NCBI RefSeq assembly: GCF_036321535.1
Contig: NC_087436.1
Span: 32,180,001-32,244,000 of the forward strand
Source: Camelus dromedarius
Taxonomy: Eukaryota
Direction: 5' to 3'
DNA length: 64,000 nucleotides
Below are positions 1 through 13,073 of this stretch, in pieces. Under the pieces are notes generated by a model. That model was not told where the DNA came from and did not search any database. It worked only from the letters and a program-made list of their open reading frames with translations. Position numbers and translations under genes: made by a program. Position 1 is the first letter of the stretch. Each line of letters starts with the position of its first letter.

Positions 1-2225
1 CCAGGAGGCGTGCCAATCTGGTTTCTTTCTATATCCTTTTTTTTTTTTCTGTCGTAGGGAGACACGCATCTAAATCCACGTTGATTATGACTTAATTGTG
101 TTTTCACTGAGGAGAAAAAAAACTTTCAAAAAGCTATGAATTCCTATTCCCATGCACCAGTTCTGCAAGTTTAAAGATTTTTAGAACTTTGCTTTCATAG
201 AACTGTTTATGTAGGGCACTTGGTTTAGAAACTTCTTTTACGATGTAGTTGGAGCATACATTTCAGATTATGCTGATAAACTTCAGTTCAGACTCAAGGA
301 ACCTGTTGTACCGTAAAATTGAGCAACATTGTACATGCTGGTTTTGTAGTTATTCTAAGCTTTAGAAAAAAGTGACTACAATAAAAAGTAAACAACAAAA
401 TTAGAAACCTAGAGTGACCTGTTAATTTGAAAGAGTACATCCAAGCCTTAATTCCAGGGGATTGGCAAATCTAAAAACAAGTTGGTTTCCTCGTTGATTT
501 AATCTGTTAGTGAGATGTATTGACACTTGAAAATATATACTTCTGATTTTTGTGGTTAGATATGTTAGAAGTGCTGGAAGATATTTTAGAATTGCTTTGG
601 TTTGTTCTTTCTTAATAAGAATAGAGAGAAGAAATTGGAGATTCTACATGTTGAAATATATATATGTCTTAGTTGCTTGTATTTTATGTGTATATCTGCA
701 TTCAGTCCAACCAAGTCATTTGCTTCTGGTTATATAAATATGAAAACCAGATGTCTCCCTACTCATATCAGCTGAAATGGTTAACATACTTTTTTGTTTG
801 TTTACTTAAGAGCGTGTGGGATAACACGGTAGGGCCAAAGTACAAAATTTAAACGGACAGACCAAGTAGTTAATTTTTTTTAGTCAAGGATTTATACAGT
901 ATATATATTCAATGATTAGGAATTGTGTACAGATTTAGATTTTTAACGTAGAGTTTAACCAACTAGAAGATGTGCTTTTGTAGCCCCTATCTGAACTGAC
1001 AGTGAAGCAACCGAAGTATTAGTGCAAAGAAGCATATGAGTCTTCATAGATAATGCCTTGCCACTATCTGAAAATAGCTAGGAAGAAACAGTCATAGACA
1101 GTTTGGCAGCATCCAGTGGCAAATGTTCTGCAACAGAAATTTTAAAATTAAGATAAGAGTCATAGTTATAATTTAGATAGCCTTTGTGTGGCTTGAGCCA
1201 GTTAGCACCCTCCCCCCAGATAACAACAGAGAAGCTAGTTTAGGTTAGCTTCCACTGACTCCTAGGTCCTGATGAGCAGGCTAAGAGTGATATTCAGTTA
1301 TTTCATTCTAAGTACTTCTTGATTAACAACCTAATAGAGATATCTGGAGTATTTTATTATTGAAAGGTACCTTAAAGTTAACCAGATCATCTTATGGGCT
1401 TGAATATGTTGATATTTCACATCAATAGACGATATAACACTTTTCCAAAAGTCCTGAAGCCAAATTTCTGGCTACGAAACGGACTTGAGTTTTGATTTTA
1501 ATTTTCATTTCTGTCCTCAAATCAATCAAGCAGTTTTGTAGCAAAATAATTCAGAAGCAATAATCCTTATCTGAGACTCTTCGCAACTTAAGAATGAGCA
1601 AAGGAAACCAGAAAACCTAGTTTCAATGCCTAGCCAGTATCTACTCTCATTTCTCAATGGTTTTAGCATTAAAAGATTGTTTTGTGAGGCTTTTTTGACG
1701 TTGACGATATTGTTCTTGTTAGGCATACATTTTTAAAGTTCCAGTTCTTAAAAAATTAAATAATAAGTTTAATTTAGTGGAGAGAACACATAATGGCAAA
1801 CAGTTGGCATTAACTACATTTGTCAATATTAAATTTAGTAACAGTTCAGGCACTTGGCCAGGAGAATGGTCATGTAAGGAACAATGAAGATGGGAGGAGA
1901 AAAGAAACCAGGTTTCTTAAGCACTGACCACATCAGATCCATTGATTTGTCATTTCCACAATGCTTCAGTGAAGTTAGTAAATATTCCTGTCCTTCAGAT
2001 GGGGAGTCTGAGGTTTAGGAATTTGGGGTAAATTGGCTTGGGTCACACAGACATGGCATTCAAATCCAGATATATTTGAGAACAAATCCTATCAACTCTA
2101 TTTTAGGTAAATTGCATTCTGGGATAAACTTGTAGAGAATCTCACTGCTGTTATTTTGTATGACCTGTCCTGGTTCTCATAAAGATTTAAAGCCTCAAAG
2201 AAACACACTTTCATAACTTTATATT

Positions 2226-2372
2226 GTGCTGTTTGATATGGTAGCCACAAGCCAGGGGTAGCTGTTTAAATTTAAATTAATGAAAAGTAAATGTAATTGA
2301 ATATTGAGTTCCCCACACTAGCCACATTTCAAGAGCTCAGTAGCCACATGGCTACCATATTAGACAGTGCAC
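2226..2372. mobile_element. hAT-Charlie MITE (MER3/MER33-like)
   Basis: gtgctgt..atatggtagccac ... tggctaccatattagacagtgc form terminal inverted repeats. Confidence 0.75.
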
Positions 2373-5300
2373 TTTATAGAGTAGCTCCATCTTCCCAGAG
2401 AGTTGTATTCAACAGCATTGATTCTAAAGGTCAAGGTAGAAGAAGGACACTCCATTTTGAGTTTATTATCTCACTTAATCTTCAAACAGCCCTAGGAGAT
2501 AAGTAATGTTTCCATTTTACACATGTGGAAACTGAAACTCAGATTTTTCCCAAAGTCACATATCTAAGTGGCAAAGCTAGAAATCAAACCCAGTCTAACT
2601 GGCTTCACAGGCTGTCCCCTCTCACTGTGTCGCAATATAATACAATTTCACATTTCCAGAGTTGTAATAGATGAGGAAGACTCCAACAGATGGTTTAATT
2701 TTAAATGATTTGATGTAATATTACTGCAATGGAACTCTACCAAAACAGTGTTTTTTAATACATTATTATAATACATATTTAATGTATTCAAAATGGCAAG
2801 AAATGATACAATCCACCTTTGTAATAGTCTATCCACATTTATATATTTTGATATATAGCTTTCCCCTCATCCTATGTAGAGTATTCTTTGACACATACCA
2901 ACTCTGTATTTTCTCCAACATAACCTTGTAAATTCCACTGGAAAGAAAAGTATATAAGAAGTACCCCCATGAGATGCTTATTGTTTAGGAGGTAGGGGAA
3001 AGGAGCACATATACCTTTCGTGTGTTTTTCCTCCTTTTTTAACTTTATGTTCAATATGTTAACTTTTGTTTAAAGTTTGCAAAATGCAGCTGAAACAAGA
3101 CTTGCAACATATAGACAAACCTGTTCTTTCCTGAATGTCCTGTTAACACTAGCCTCTCATCCTAGTTTCTTGCTTTGAAGCCAGCTGGGTTTGTTGTTAG
3201 GGCAATTGCTCACACACATTCATTACCTATCAGTCAGATAAAGGGATGAGCTAAGTTTTCTAATGAATTTTGATACTCTGCCCAAATTTATACTAGTTAT
3301 TTCTACAGTACCTACTTGGTTAGCTCCTCTGAATTTAATACCATTTCATTTTTTGTAATCTATGAGAGAATTTTGTATTAAATACTAACACAGAGTATAA
3401 GAGGATAGTTTAAAGCATATATGGGACCAGAAGATGTTGTTCAAGTTGGAGGGAAGGAGTAGATTTAGTAACATCTGGAGTTAGCCATTTAAGTTCTTTA
3501 AATAGTTCTTTTAACAATGTGACATAGACCACTCCTCCCCCATGTACCTGTGACAGACATCACTAAATAACTACTGTACTCTGAGAGCCTGCATCCTGTC
3601 TCAATATCTTTAATACAGGATTTCATCTCCACTTTTAAAATCTAAGAAGGAATTGCCTGAATTTCATTACATCGTTGGCTAAATAAGATGTTTTGAGAAA
3701 TGCGAGTTCTCCGAGTCTTCAAAACATGCCTCTCTACCCTATGGAGTTTCTGGTCTTTTGAGAAAGGCAGACGATAAACAAGCATTTGATGATTATAATC
3801 TGTAATTAAATATGCTGTGAAAGAAATGAACAGGATATATAATAGAGGATAACAAAGGACTTTAGATGGTTAAGAAAGGTACCTTATGTGTATTAGTCTG
3901 TCAAGAAAGTAGGAGTGGATATTTAAGCAAAAACCTGAAGGAGCCAGCTATACAGAGAGAGGTTGGGTGTTTAAGTGTTTTGAAGCTTTCTAGCACTAGA
4001 TCTAGAACTGACAACACTGTGTTAATGAGCAAAGGAATAAACATCCTTATCACTGGTACTGATTTTCAGATTTGACTTCAGCCTTTGTTTGATTAGTATT
4101 ACCTCAGTGTTTCTTTTTCCATCCTTTTACTTTCAGCCAATCTGTATTTTACTTTTCCCTTATGAATAACATAGCTGGATTTTTTTCATTAAATTTAAAA
4201 TCAATACTGTCTTAACAACTTAGTTTAATCAGTTTATATGTTTTGTCACTGCTAGTATATTTAGATTTATTTCTGCCCTCTTATTTAGTAATTTCTCTTT
4301 GTCATACTTTTCTTTGCCTTTTTTCCCCACCTTTTTTCCTTCCCAGACTGATACTTTTCATCCACTTTTTCTGCCCTATTGATTTGGATGCATTCTATTT
4401 TTTCTGTTATTACAACTAGACTTGGTTTTACTGTGGTTTTTCAAACTCTATCCCCAAATTAGTTAAATTAGTAACTTTTTAAAAATAGTCTTCATTTAAA
4501 TTTACCAATATAATTATCATTTTCTTTATTCACTGTCATTTCTTGCATCTCATTCTTTTGTTCAGGGTTCAGTTTTCATTTTAGTGAGGTAGAAAAAATT
4601 AGATAATCACTCTAATAGTTACAAAATTATCTGTTATACATATTAAATATTTACTTCCTCCTGCAAGTTTCTGCTCATTAAACTTGTGTCACCCTATTGT
4701 ACTTGATTGTATTAAAGAAAGCAGTTTGAGGATGCACTAACTGGTAGACTTATTGATTTCTGAACTTTAAAAATCTGTACCATAAGTTGTACTAACTCTT
4801 AAAACTATTAATGAAATCTGAATTCTAACTAGTATAATGTCATTTTGGTATATTTAACAATATCTTAGAAATAAGATTTATCTTTAAAATGATGTCCTAG
4901 AATATTTGTTATATAAGTACTTTTCAGCATTATATTTTAGTCTTTGATAAAGCAAGAGTATGATTCTCTTAGTTATTACTGAAATGTTAATGTCTAAATG
5001 AGCCTTAATAGTCAAAATAATCTGATTAGTTTATATAAGCTAGCTTTTTAAAAAATTATATCATACCTAAAGACCTAATACCATTTAAAATTTGCTTTTC
5101 TTGAGTAGCTCTGTTATTATGGATAGCCAAGTATAGTTAGCAAAATAGTAGAATCAGTAACATTTAGGTTTGTTATGTTAAGGGGGTAGGTAGTGAAAAG
5201 AAGTATTACTGACTTCTCAGATATGCTTCTGATTGTGTTAGGAATGCAGAGAAATATGCTTTAACTAGACTTCAAATCCTTTCTCTGAGTAACCCATCCT

Positions 5301-6365
5301 TTTCCAACTATAGTTCTTAATATTATTTTCTTTATGGTCTCATGGGAAAAAGCAAAGAAAACTGTTTTCAAAAAACCCTTTTCAGAAGTTAATGCTTCCT
5401 GAGGGAAATTCAAAACATGTGGAGAGGACAGCTTAATATAGTTTAGAGAGTGGGGAAATATGTTAATCATTGAATCATTCTTTTCTATTCAACAGTTAAC
5501 AAAACATCATTTTCTCTAGAATTAGCCTTGGATTATTAACTGTTGATTCAAGTTCACTCTTACCAAGCCAAAAAAAGAACATGTTTTATAAAGTTTTGTT
5601 TTTACATCATTCAATGTTGAGACTTCCCTAGGGGAGCTGATGGAGAATTTTGCTAGAGAATGTGCTGGTATATTACTATACTGAAAGATGGAGGGTTTTC
5701 TGACTCCTATTTTTATAATGACCATCTTTTTTCTCTCTCCTTTTTACCATCTGGATGTGCTTCATGGTTGATACTCTCAAGTGTCCTGAAGTAGACTGAC
5801 TTTTGTAGGTCAAGGAGGGAAATATTACAACACAGCGCTAAGAAAAGCTGTTGATGTCTCCTACACCTTTTTTGTTCATGCTCTTCCATTTTGATTTAAC
5901 AGGTATTCTAAACTAGCCATTCACCTGAAGTTTTGTGATTAGTGAAATGCTTCAGTTTTCAGGGTTATCATTCCATCTTTGGGTTTGTGTTAAGTTTTCT
6001 CAAAATGTACTGTGTTTGGCGAAGTTAGAAAAGTAGAAAATAGTACTTCCCAATTCTGTCAGTAATTTTAGGCAAGTCACTGAATGCCTCTGCTCCTGTT
6101 CATCTGCCAAATAGGGAAGGCAAAAACTGTCCCTTCCACTTTGCAATACTGTGAGAGGAGTCAGAATGCTAGGAAATGCTCGACAAATTTGAAATTCTCA
6201 TTTTACATTTGTAGGTATTCATAACCCTGATCAGTTTTATTTTTCCTTTTGTGTGTTTGATTCACTGTTTTAAGTTTGTAAGCACTGATTCAATCAGCAT
6301 TAAGAGCCTATATAATGTTCAAAGATTTTTTTTGTTGTTTCTCAAGAAAAAAAAATCGCACTAGT

Positions 6366-6392
6366 TGTGTGTGTGTGTGTGTGTGTGTGTGT
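6366..6392. repeat. (TG)n microsatellite
   Basis: About 13 perfect TG units. Confidence 0.95.
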
Positions 6393-7377
6393 ATGATGTC
6401 CTTGCTTAGTTTTAAAAGTTAATGTTTCTCCAAAATAATCAACTCCAATGAAAGATCTTCAGATTTTACTCTGTAAATACAAACAGTATTGAGTTTCTTT
6501 CTCTTAAATGTTTCATCATACCCTTTTGAATGCCAGTTGAGATAATGGGCAAAGTTTGAAAGCTGTAAATGTTGCCCAATTGTTAATTGAAAGTGTCCCA
6601 TTTTCTTATATAGAAGACAAGTTTAAACATATAAAATGGTAGCCTAAGTTTATATTAATAGGAGAATGGTTAAATAAATTATAGGTATAGCCATTCAGTG
6701 GGAAAATATATAACTATTAAATGTTAATTGTGATAGTCACCTAATATTAAGTAGCAGTATGGAAAATAATTAAGATTGGAAAAGCAAAATAAAAAAGTAT
6801 ATTACTAGAAGTATTACCTTTATTTTAGGTAACATCTAATGTTAGATATTAATATATTTATTTAGATAAAAAGATATTTTAAAATATATTTTTAAATTTA
6901 TTGCTAATGCCACTTCTGATTTCATGCAATAAACTTTTCAGAGAACTTTATGGCATAGTAATTTCTGAAGTTCAAATTAATGCTCATAAAAGTTAAGATT
7001 TTTTTCCAAGTAAATTCTTGAATTCTATTCTTAAAGAGACAGTTTTCTGACACATAACTTTCAATTTCCTAAGTGCTTTCAAATATGAATATGGCTATAA
7101 ATATTATTTTGCTCATTTAAAAATCAAGGAATTTCCTTTTTTTTTTAACTTGTATACTTATTAGAAAATACTTTATTCTGTTAACTGGACAATAAGCTCT
7201 CTTATTGACTACTCTGTTGCTCATAATAGTTAAACCAGTAAATCTGGTTTTTAAATTACTTTCTCTAAATTACCTTTGTCATATATGGATAACTTTAAGA
7301 CTCAGGAAAACAGTATTTTCTTTTGTAAAATTATGTTATTTTAGAAATCTTGTTTATTAGCATGTGATTTTTTTAAG

Positions 7378-7514
7378 GGGTTTTTTTGTGTTTTTTGGGG
7401 GGTAATTAGGTTTGTTTGTTTGTTTGTTTGTTTTAAATGGAGGTACTGGGGATTGAACCTAGGACCTCGTGTGTGCTAAGCATGCACTCTACCATTGAGC
7501 TATACCCTCCCCCC
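7378..7514 (-). mobile_element. tRNA-derived SINE (camelid-type)
   Basis: Minus strand GGGGGAGGGTATAGCTCAATGGTAGAG...GGTTCAATCCCCAGTACCTCC with A and B boxes and an A-rich (AAAC)n tail. Confidence 0.85.
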
Positions 7515-8717
7515 ACCATGTGTAATTCTTAAAACATTTTAAACAGGAAATTTAAGTGGTCCTCTCTCTGCGGCCTAAGATGAAGACAAAATTAACCCTT
7601 AAAAGATTTGTATTATAAAAATCATTTTTTAAATGGCCAGACTTAACCAATTGTATGAAGTAGAATTCTCTCCTCCCCAGAAACATTGCCACTGTTAAGT
7701 ACTTGGTCTGTATTCTTCCTGATGTTTTTCAATGCATATACAAACATGGGTAAAATGTGTGTATGTGTATATTCTTTTTTAATTCAGAGCAAGTCATACT
7801 ATATACTCTTCTGAATTCCTTTTTTTAGTTAATATGTCATGGACTTCTTTCTGTGCCTGTACATGTAGAGTTGCCTCATTCTTTTTGATAGCTATATACC
7901 ATTCCATTAAAGTAATGTGCTATAATTTATGTAACCAAATTCTTGATATAGAAAAGTAGGCTGTTTGGATTTTGTCTATTATATGTGTTTTTAAAAAGTG
8001 AAATGTCTTTATCATCATGAATTGGGGTGGAGATTTTACCATAAGTGAATCTTTTTAAAGGGTCAAAATCTAGAGTTTCTCCTTATTTGAAATTGCAGTT
8101 AATTCATATGAAGAAATTTATTATGTTCCTACTTCATGTCAGGCACTGTGTTGGGCACTGAGGAAACAGAAGTGCGAGACAGTTTCTGCCCTCAAGGACA
8201 AACTTTGGGAATGGCTCACTTCTGTTAGCTGTTCCTCCTTAGACAGGGTGATTCCTGATTCCTTGGACAAAATGCTAATCATTTTGTGTCAGTTGAAAAA
8301 ACTGTTCCTTATGGCCATATACATATCTAGTCGATGTTCTGTTGATTATTTTTAGATGCCACAGTTAATTAACAGTAATCAGTAAAGCATCATTTCGTCT
8401 TAAGAAAACTGGCTTCCAAACCAGACTGTTCAAGTTTCCTCTTCTCCCTAATACTTCACAGTCTTAATCTTTGAATATGTTTCTGAGTATCTGAAATAAT
8501 TGAAATTTAAAGTTTAAATTTTTAGTGAAACACTTTACTTTGGTCAAAAGACAGATTTCCAAGAAATTTCTTCTCATTATTGCATCTAGTGTCTGTGCAT
8601 GTTTTGAAATTAAGGGTTTGCACCAAATATGTCATGAGGTTTCTTTTATTTGACTTTTTTCTTTGAGACATTCTAAAGTATTGTTAGGTAATCTAAATAA
8701 TTTCTTTTCTTCCCTAG

Positions 8718-8873
8718 AGGGTCCGTATGGAATATTTGCTGGTAGGGATGCCTCCAGAGGACTAGCAACATTTTGCCTAGATAAAGATGCACTTAAAGAT
8801 GAATACGATGATCTCTCAGATTTGAATGCCGTACAAATGGAAAGCGTTCGAGAATGGGAAATGCAATTTAAAG
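8718..8873 (+). CDS. PGRMC2: PGRMC2 internal coding exon (cytochrome b5-like heme/steroid-binding domain)
   Basis: Acceptor ttccctag|AG and donor AAAG|gtacc; 156 nt, phase 1 to phase 1. Encodes (E)[51 protein letters not shown], a MAPR-family sequence with the PGRMC2-type [15 protein letters not shown]. Confidence 0.97.
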
Positions 8874-8949
8874 GTACCTTTTTTGTCGGGTTCTTTTTGC
8901 AAATATTAAATTTATGGCCAAAGAAAGTACTTGCTATTTCATCACTCTT

Positions 8950-9033
8950 TAAGAGCCTAATGATACCTTCTGTTTTAATCCCCATCATTACTAAGAGCCT
9001 AATGATACCACCTATTTTAATCCCCATCATTAT
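8950..9033. repeat. 42-bp tandem duplication in PGRMC2 intron
   Basis: taagagcctaatgatacc..ttttaatccccatcatta occurs twice with few mismatches. Confidence 0.9.
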
Positions 9034-10360
9034 TCGATGATTGTTACATGTGATTATTATTTATAAAATCCATATTTAAATATTGAATCTAAAATTTACA
9101 AAAATTACGACACCTTTAGTCTTAAAAGGTTTGTTCACTAAGGTATACTTTTTAAAACATAGGCTTATAGTTAAAACTGAATTGATTACTGATATTGATA
9201 CTATAATTTTAAGTTTATTCCAAAATGATTTTATTGATCTTACCTTCAAACTATAAAGAAAAAAATGTTATTCCCCTTTATTATATATCCTTGTGACATC
9301 ACATATTACTACCTCTGTGACACTCTGGACAACTATTTAAATGACTGTGGATCCCTTTGAACAGTTCTGGCTTCTTGGCACTTTCTTAGACTGGTTCTGC
9401 TGTATGAAGCAGTCCTCCTATCTCATCCCCTTGGTTTTTCAATTGATTCATTTAACCTAGGTTCAAATTCTTGATAAGGAAATGACTCAGCCTTGGGTAT
9501 GTCACCTTGGACATAACAATGTTCTAAATTAAACACCTAGTAACATAAAACAAGCAATGTAACAGAGATCTGAGGAGAGAGTTTGATGGGAGAAAGAACA
9601 ATAATGTACTAGGGGCCACTCACTGAGATCTCAAAGAACACAGGGTAATAAGTAAATTAATTTTCATCTCCTCATTTGGTTTGTTTTCTTGGTGACCACT
9701 CACATATGTCACATCTTCTCCCCAAGAATAATTCTTGGTTGGATCCACTTTCCATGTGATTTTCCACCCCATGTACTCTTCTCCCTACTTCCTCTGTCCC
9801 AAGAAAGTCACCATTTTCTGTTTTATGGTCCTCTCTAGTCCAAACTAGAGTTGTATACAAAATCCAGTATATTTATAGATTTCAAATAACTGTTGGAAAT
9901 TCCATATATTGCCAGCTTGTCTCTTTAATTACAATACGTTGGGCTATTAAGATTTAAAGAACTATTCTGAGACTCACAGTGCACATTAAACCAGTTTCAG
10001 AGTACATGTCCCCAAACCTGTTCCAAGAGCCTGGAATGGGTGGCTCCAAGGTGGATCCTGGACATGCATATTTCTAAAAAAGATCTTCAAGTGATTCTGA
10101 TGCAGTATCCTTGATTAAGAACTATCCTTGATATGGAACACTCTTCTGCAAAGCACAATTCCCAAGCTTTATAAGTTCCCTGATCCTGTTTTCTTCTGTT
10201 CAAGCCTTACTTGAGTACAAAGACCAGACAAGGTAAACAATAGGAAAAACTTAGCTTGTTCTATATGATTCTAAAAAAGGGACAAACACCTTCCTTGCTG
10301 TATAATGAAATAGTGAAATAAATTTGATCACTACTGATTTTGTATTGATGTATCTTTCAG

Positions 10361-10458
10361 AAAAATATGATTATGTAGGCAGACTCCTAAAACCAGGGGA
10401 AGAACCATCAGAATATACAGATGAAGAGGATACCAAGGATCACAATAAACAGGATTGA
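10361..10458 (+). CDS. PGRMC2: PGRMC2 last coding exon
   Basis: Acceptor tctttcag|AA. In phase with the previous exon it reads (E)KYDYVGRLLKPGEEPSEYTDEEDTKDHNKQD then TGA (10456-10458), the PGRMC2 C-terminus. Confidence 0.97.
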
Positions 10459-12545
10459 ACTTTGTAAACAACCAAAGTCAGGGGCCTTCAGAACTGCAAT
10501 TCTTACTCCCTCTCACAGAATGTCCAGCATCTTTGGGTTTGGTTCACCTGCTGCAAAAAAACATTCAACAGATTGTCTGTGCAAGCTAAATGAGTCTCAC
10601 TATGAAGATTCAAATACGAGACATTATTTATGCTGCCAAACTCATTTGTTGCAGTTGTTTGTAATGTCTGGTGGGGCTTCTTCATCCTGAAAAGGAGAAG
10701 ATAGGGATTTTTTAAAGAGCAAGAAAGTGATGAGATTACTCTTTCCTTTTTTCTCTTTTTTCTTTCTTTCCTTTTTTTTTTTTTAATCGAAGACAAATTG
10801 ATATGTATTTGCTACTTATGTGTACAAATCTCAAAAAACAGTAAGGGATTCCTATTTCATGTGCTGTGGTTTTGTTTTAGCAATGAAGGAGGGAGAAAAC
10901 CTGGCCCGCAGAGTTGGGGGTCCACATCAATTCGAGTACTTAGGGCTACTGAAATATTGTAATGTGAATTCCCAGACTTTTCTTTTTGGGTTTTATCAGG
11001 GAAAAGAAGGATTAAAAGAAAAAAAAAGAAAAAAAAAAAAAAAGAAACCCTATTTCTAAGAAATCTTTGGAAATTAGGAGAAGGGATTTCAAGTGGATTT
11101 AAGTCAAAGCTAATTCTCCAACTGTAAGATTGAAACTAGTTTTTAGCCCTTTCCTTCCCCTGGATCAAATCAATATTAATTGTGCCTTATTTCACTTACA
11201 TAGACTTGAATTATTTTTAGGGAAAGCCCCTGTGTGAATTGAGAAGTCACTACAAGCAGCAATGAGACTGAAGTTGGAATATTCTGTTGACTGCAAAACC
11301 TTGATGTCATTCTGTGTATATAGAATGTAAAAGGAATATTCAGTGTTACTGCCATATATGTTAATACACACAAACTTAATTAGCATTGTAATGGCCAAAT
11401 GCATTCCCCCATGCTTTTCTCTTTTCAAAGAAAATTGAAAAACAAATCAACAACTCTGTCCCCCAACAGCTGCCTAATTTTGGGAGTCTGACTCTCACAT
11501 CTCACTGGTGTGGGTACAGGGGGCTGGAGTATGGATGTTGTATGGGTGTGTCTGAGTGTGTGAGAGCGCCTTGGAAGGGACTCTGCAGATACTGTAAATA
11601 CCCATACCATTTTAATAAAGCATGTACAATAAACCAAAATAAGCTTGAGTTGAACTTTATATACAAACTGTAAGCCAGTGGATTATGAAATGATCAAGAT
11701 TGTGCATTTGATTCAAGATAAGGAAAAATCTTGGAAATGAAAGGCAGACACTGGTTAACCAAGTTGTACACATTGTACCACATTCACTGTAACTTTAGGA
11801 AGAAATTCCACTTTGTGGAATGTTCTCAAGAGATCTGAGATTATTCAGGTAAGAATTGATATATTAAAATGTACATATTTTTACTTTATATTTTGATGCC
11901 AACTGATTATACTAGCAGTAATAGTACTCCAGGTGTAGTTATTGAACACAAAACAATGAAGGATCTTATACTGATAGGTATTAAATTCTTCTATTGTTTG
12001 AAAAAGCCCTTACTAAAAGTCCAATATATGTCCATTATTTGAGTTCATCATGACTATTTAGGTTCTCAGTTGGGGACAAGTTACACCAAAAAGACAACTT
12101 TATTTAATAAGTCACCAGTTAAAGAATTCTGCTTTATGAGTATAATATATGTAGAAGCCATCAAAGAAAGAGGAACTTTTAACTGCAATAATAAGCTAAA
12201 GTATGTAAAATACTACATTCTGTTATATTCAGTCTTGGAATGTTTGGTAGAAAATGATGACCTTCAGCCAAATCTTTGCTGAAGACTGGTTGGAACGACT
12301 GAAGAGTGTTGGTAAATGCTTTGTGTGTTTTTATGTAAAATGTTTTCTAAACAGATTTGTTAAAGTATATGTCCTCTGTAGTAAGCTGGTATATATATGA
12401 ATCATTTGAGCCTAAAGTTAAGAAAACCTACACTTGTGAATAGAGAAACCCTAAATATTCATGCGTAAAAATTATGGAATCTGTTTAAAAAAGATGAGTA
12501 ATTTTGTGTTTTGGACTTGAAATAAACAGTGTTCTATGGACAATT
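10459..12545 (+). other. PGRMC2: PGRMC2 3'UTR with proximal and distal poly(A) signals
   Basis: No recognisable interspersed repeats after the stop codon. AATAAA at 11614-11619, 11628-11633 and 12521-12526. The end coordinate is approximate. Confidence 0.7.
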
Positions 12546-12852
12546 CCTCAGTTTCAGTTGAGTGTTGTCATTCTCAGGTAAGTTGATGGGCAGTCACTGA
12601 GTAAGGGGATGGGAGCTGTGGTGGTATTTTTGCTGTTGTTTTCCCCTTTAATCACTATTTCCCTAACTTGCCTGATTGTTAGAACCACTTGAGGTGCTTT
12701 AAATACAAATTTTTTGGTTGCCAGTCCAAAGCTACCACCCACTGAGCCAGAATTGAAAGAGAATGGATCTCAGACTATTTGTAAGAAGTGCCTTGGGTAA
12801 TTCTTATGATTGGGTCCTTTGAGAAACACCACAACAATCTTTTCATGTTACA

Positions 12853-13073
12853 CAATTGACCCTTGAACAACAAGGGTTTGCACTGTGTGGGACCACTTAC
12901 ATGCAGGTTTTCTTCAATAAACAAGTACTACAGTACTTCACGATCCACACTTGGTTAAATCTGCAGATGTGGAACTGCAGATCCAGAGGGCCATAAGGGG
13001 AATTTCATTCAGCAGAGATCAGCATCTCTAAACCCCCAAAAGATGTGCGGGGGGTGGGGGTGGGGGTCAACTG
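12853..13073. mobile_element. Tigger-family MITE (MER8/Tigger2-like)
   Basis: Terminal inverted repeats caattgacccttgaacaa ... gggtcaactg, followed by TA. Confidence 0.75.

Noticed and set aside
8718..8873. Assignment to PGRMC1 because of EGPYG and ALKDEY residues
   Set aside because: The remaining residues, the C-terminus TKDHNKQD, the exon structure and tail-to-tail adjacency with LARP1B all indicate PGRMC2.
8632..9030. 132-aa minus-strand ORF overlapping the PGRMC2 exon
   Set aside because: It is the antisense shadow of the coding exon plus the 42-bp duplication, with no recognisable protein or splice support.
10740..11047. Pyrimidine tract and A-rich tract in the PGRMC2 3'UTR as a structured RNA, and the Lys-rich ORFs over them
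   Set aside because: The complementarity is low-complexity only, and the ORFs are homopolymer artefacts.
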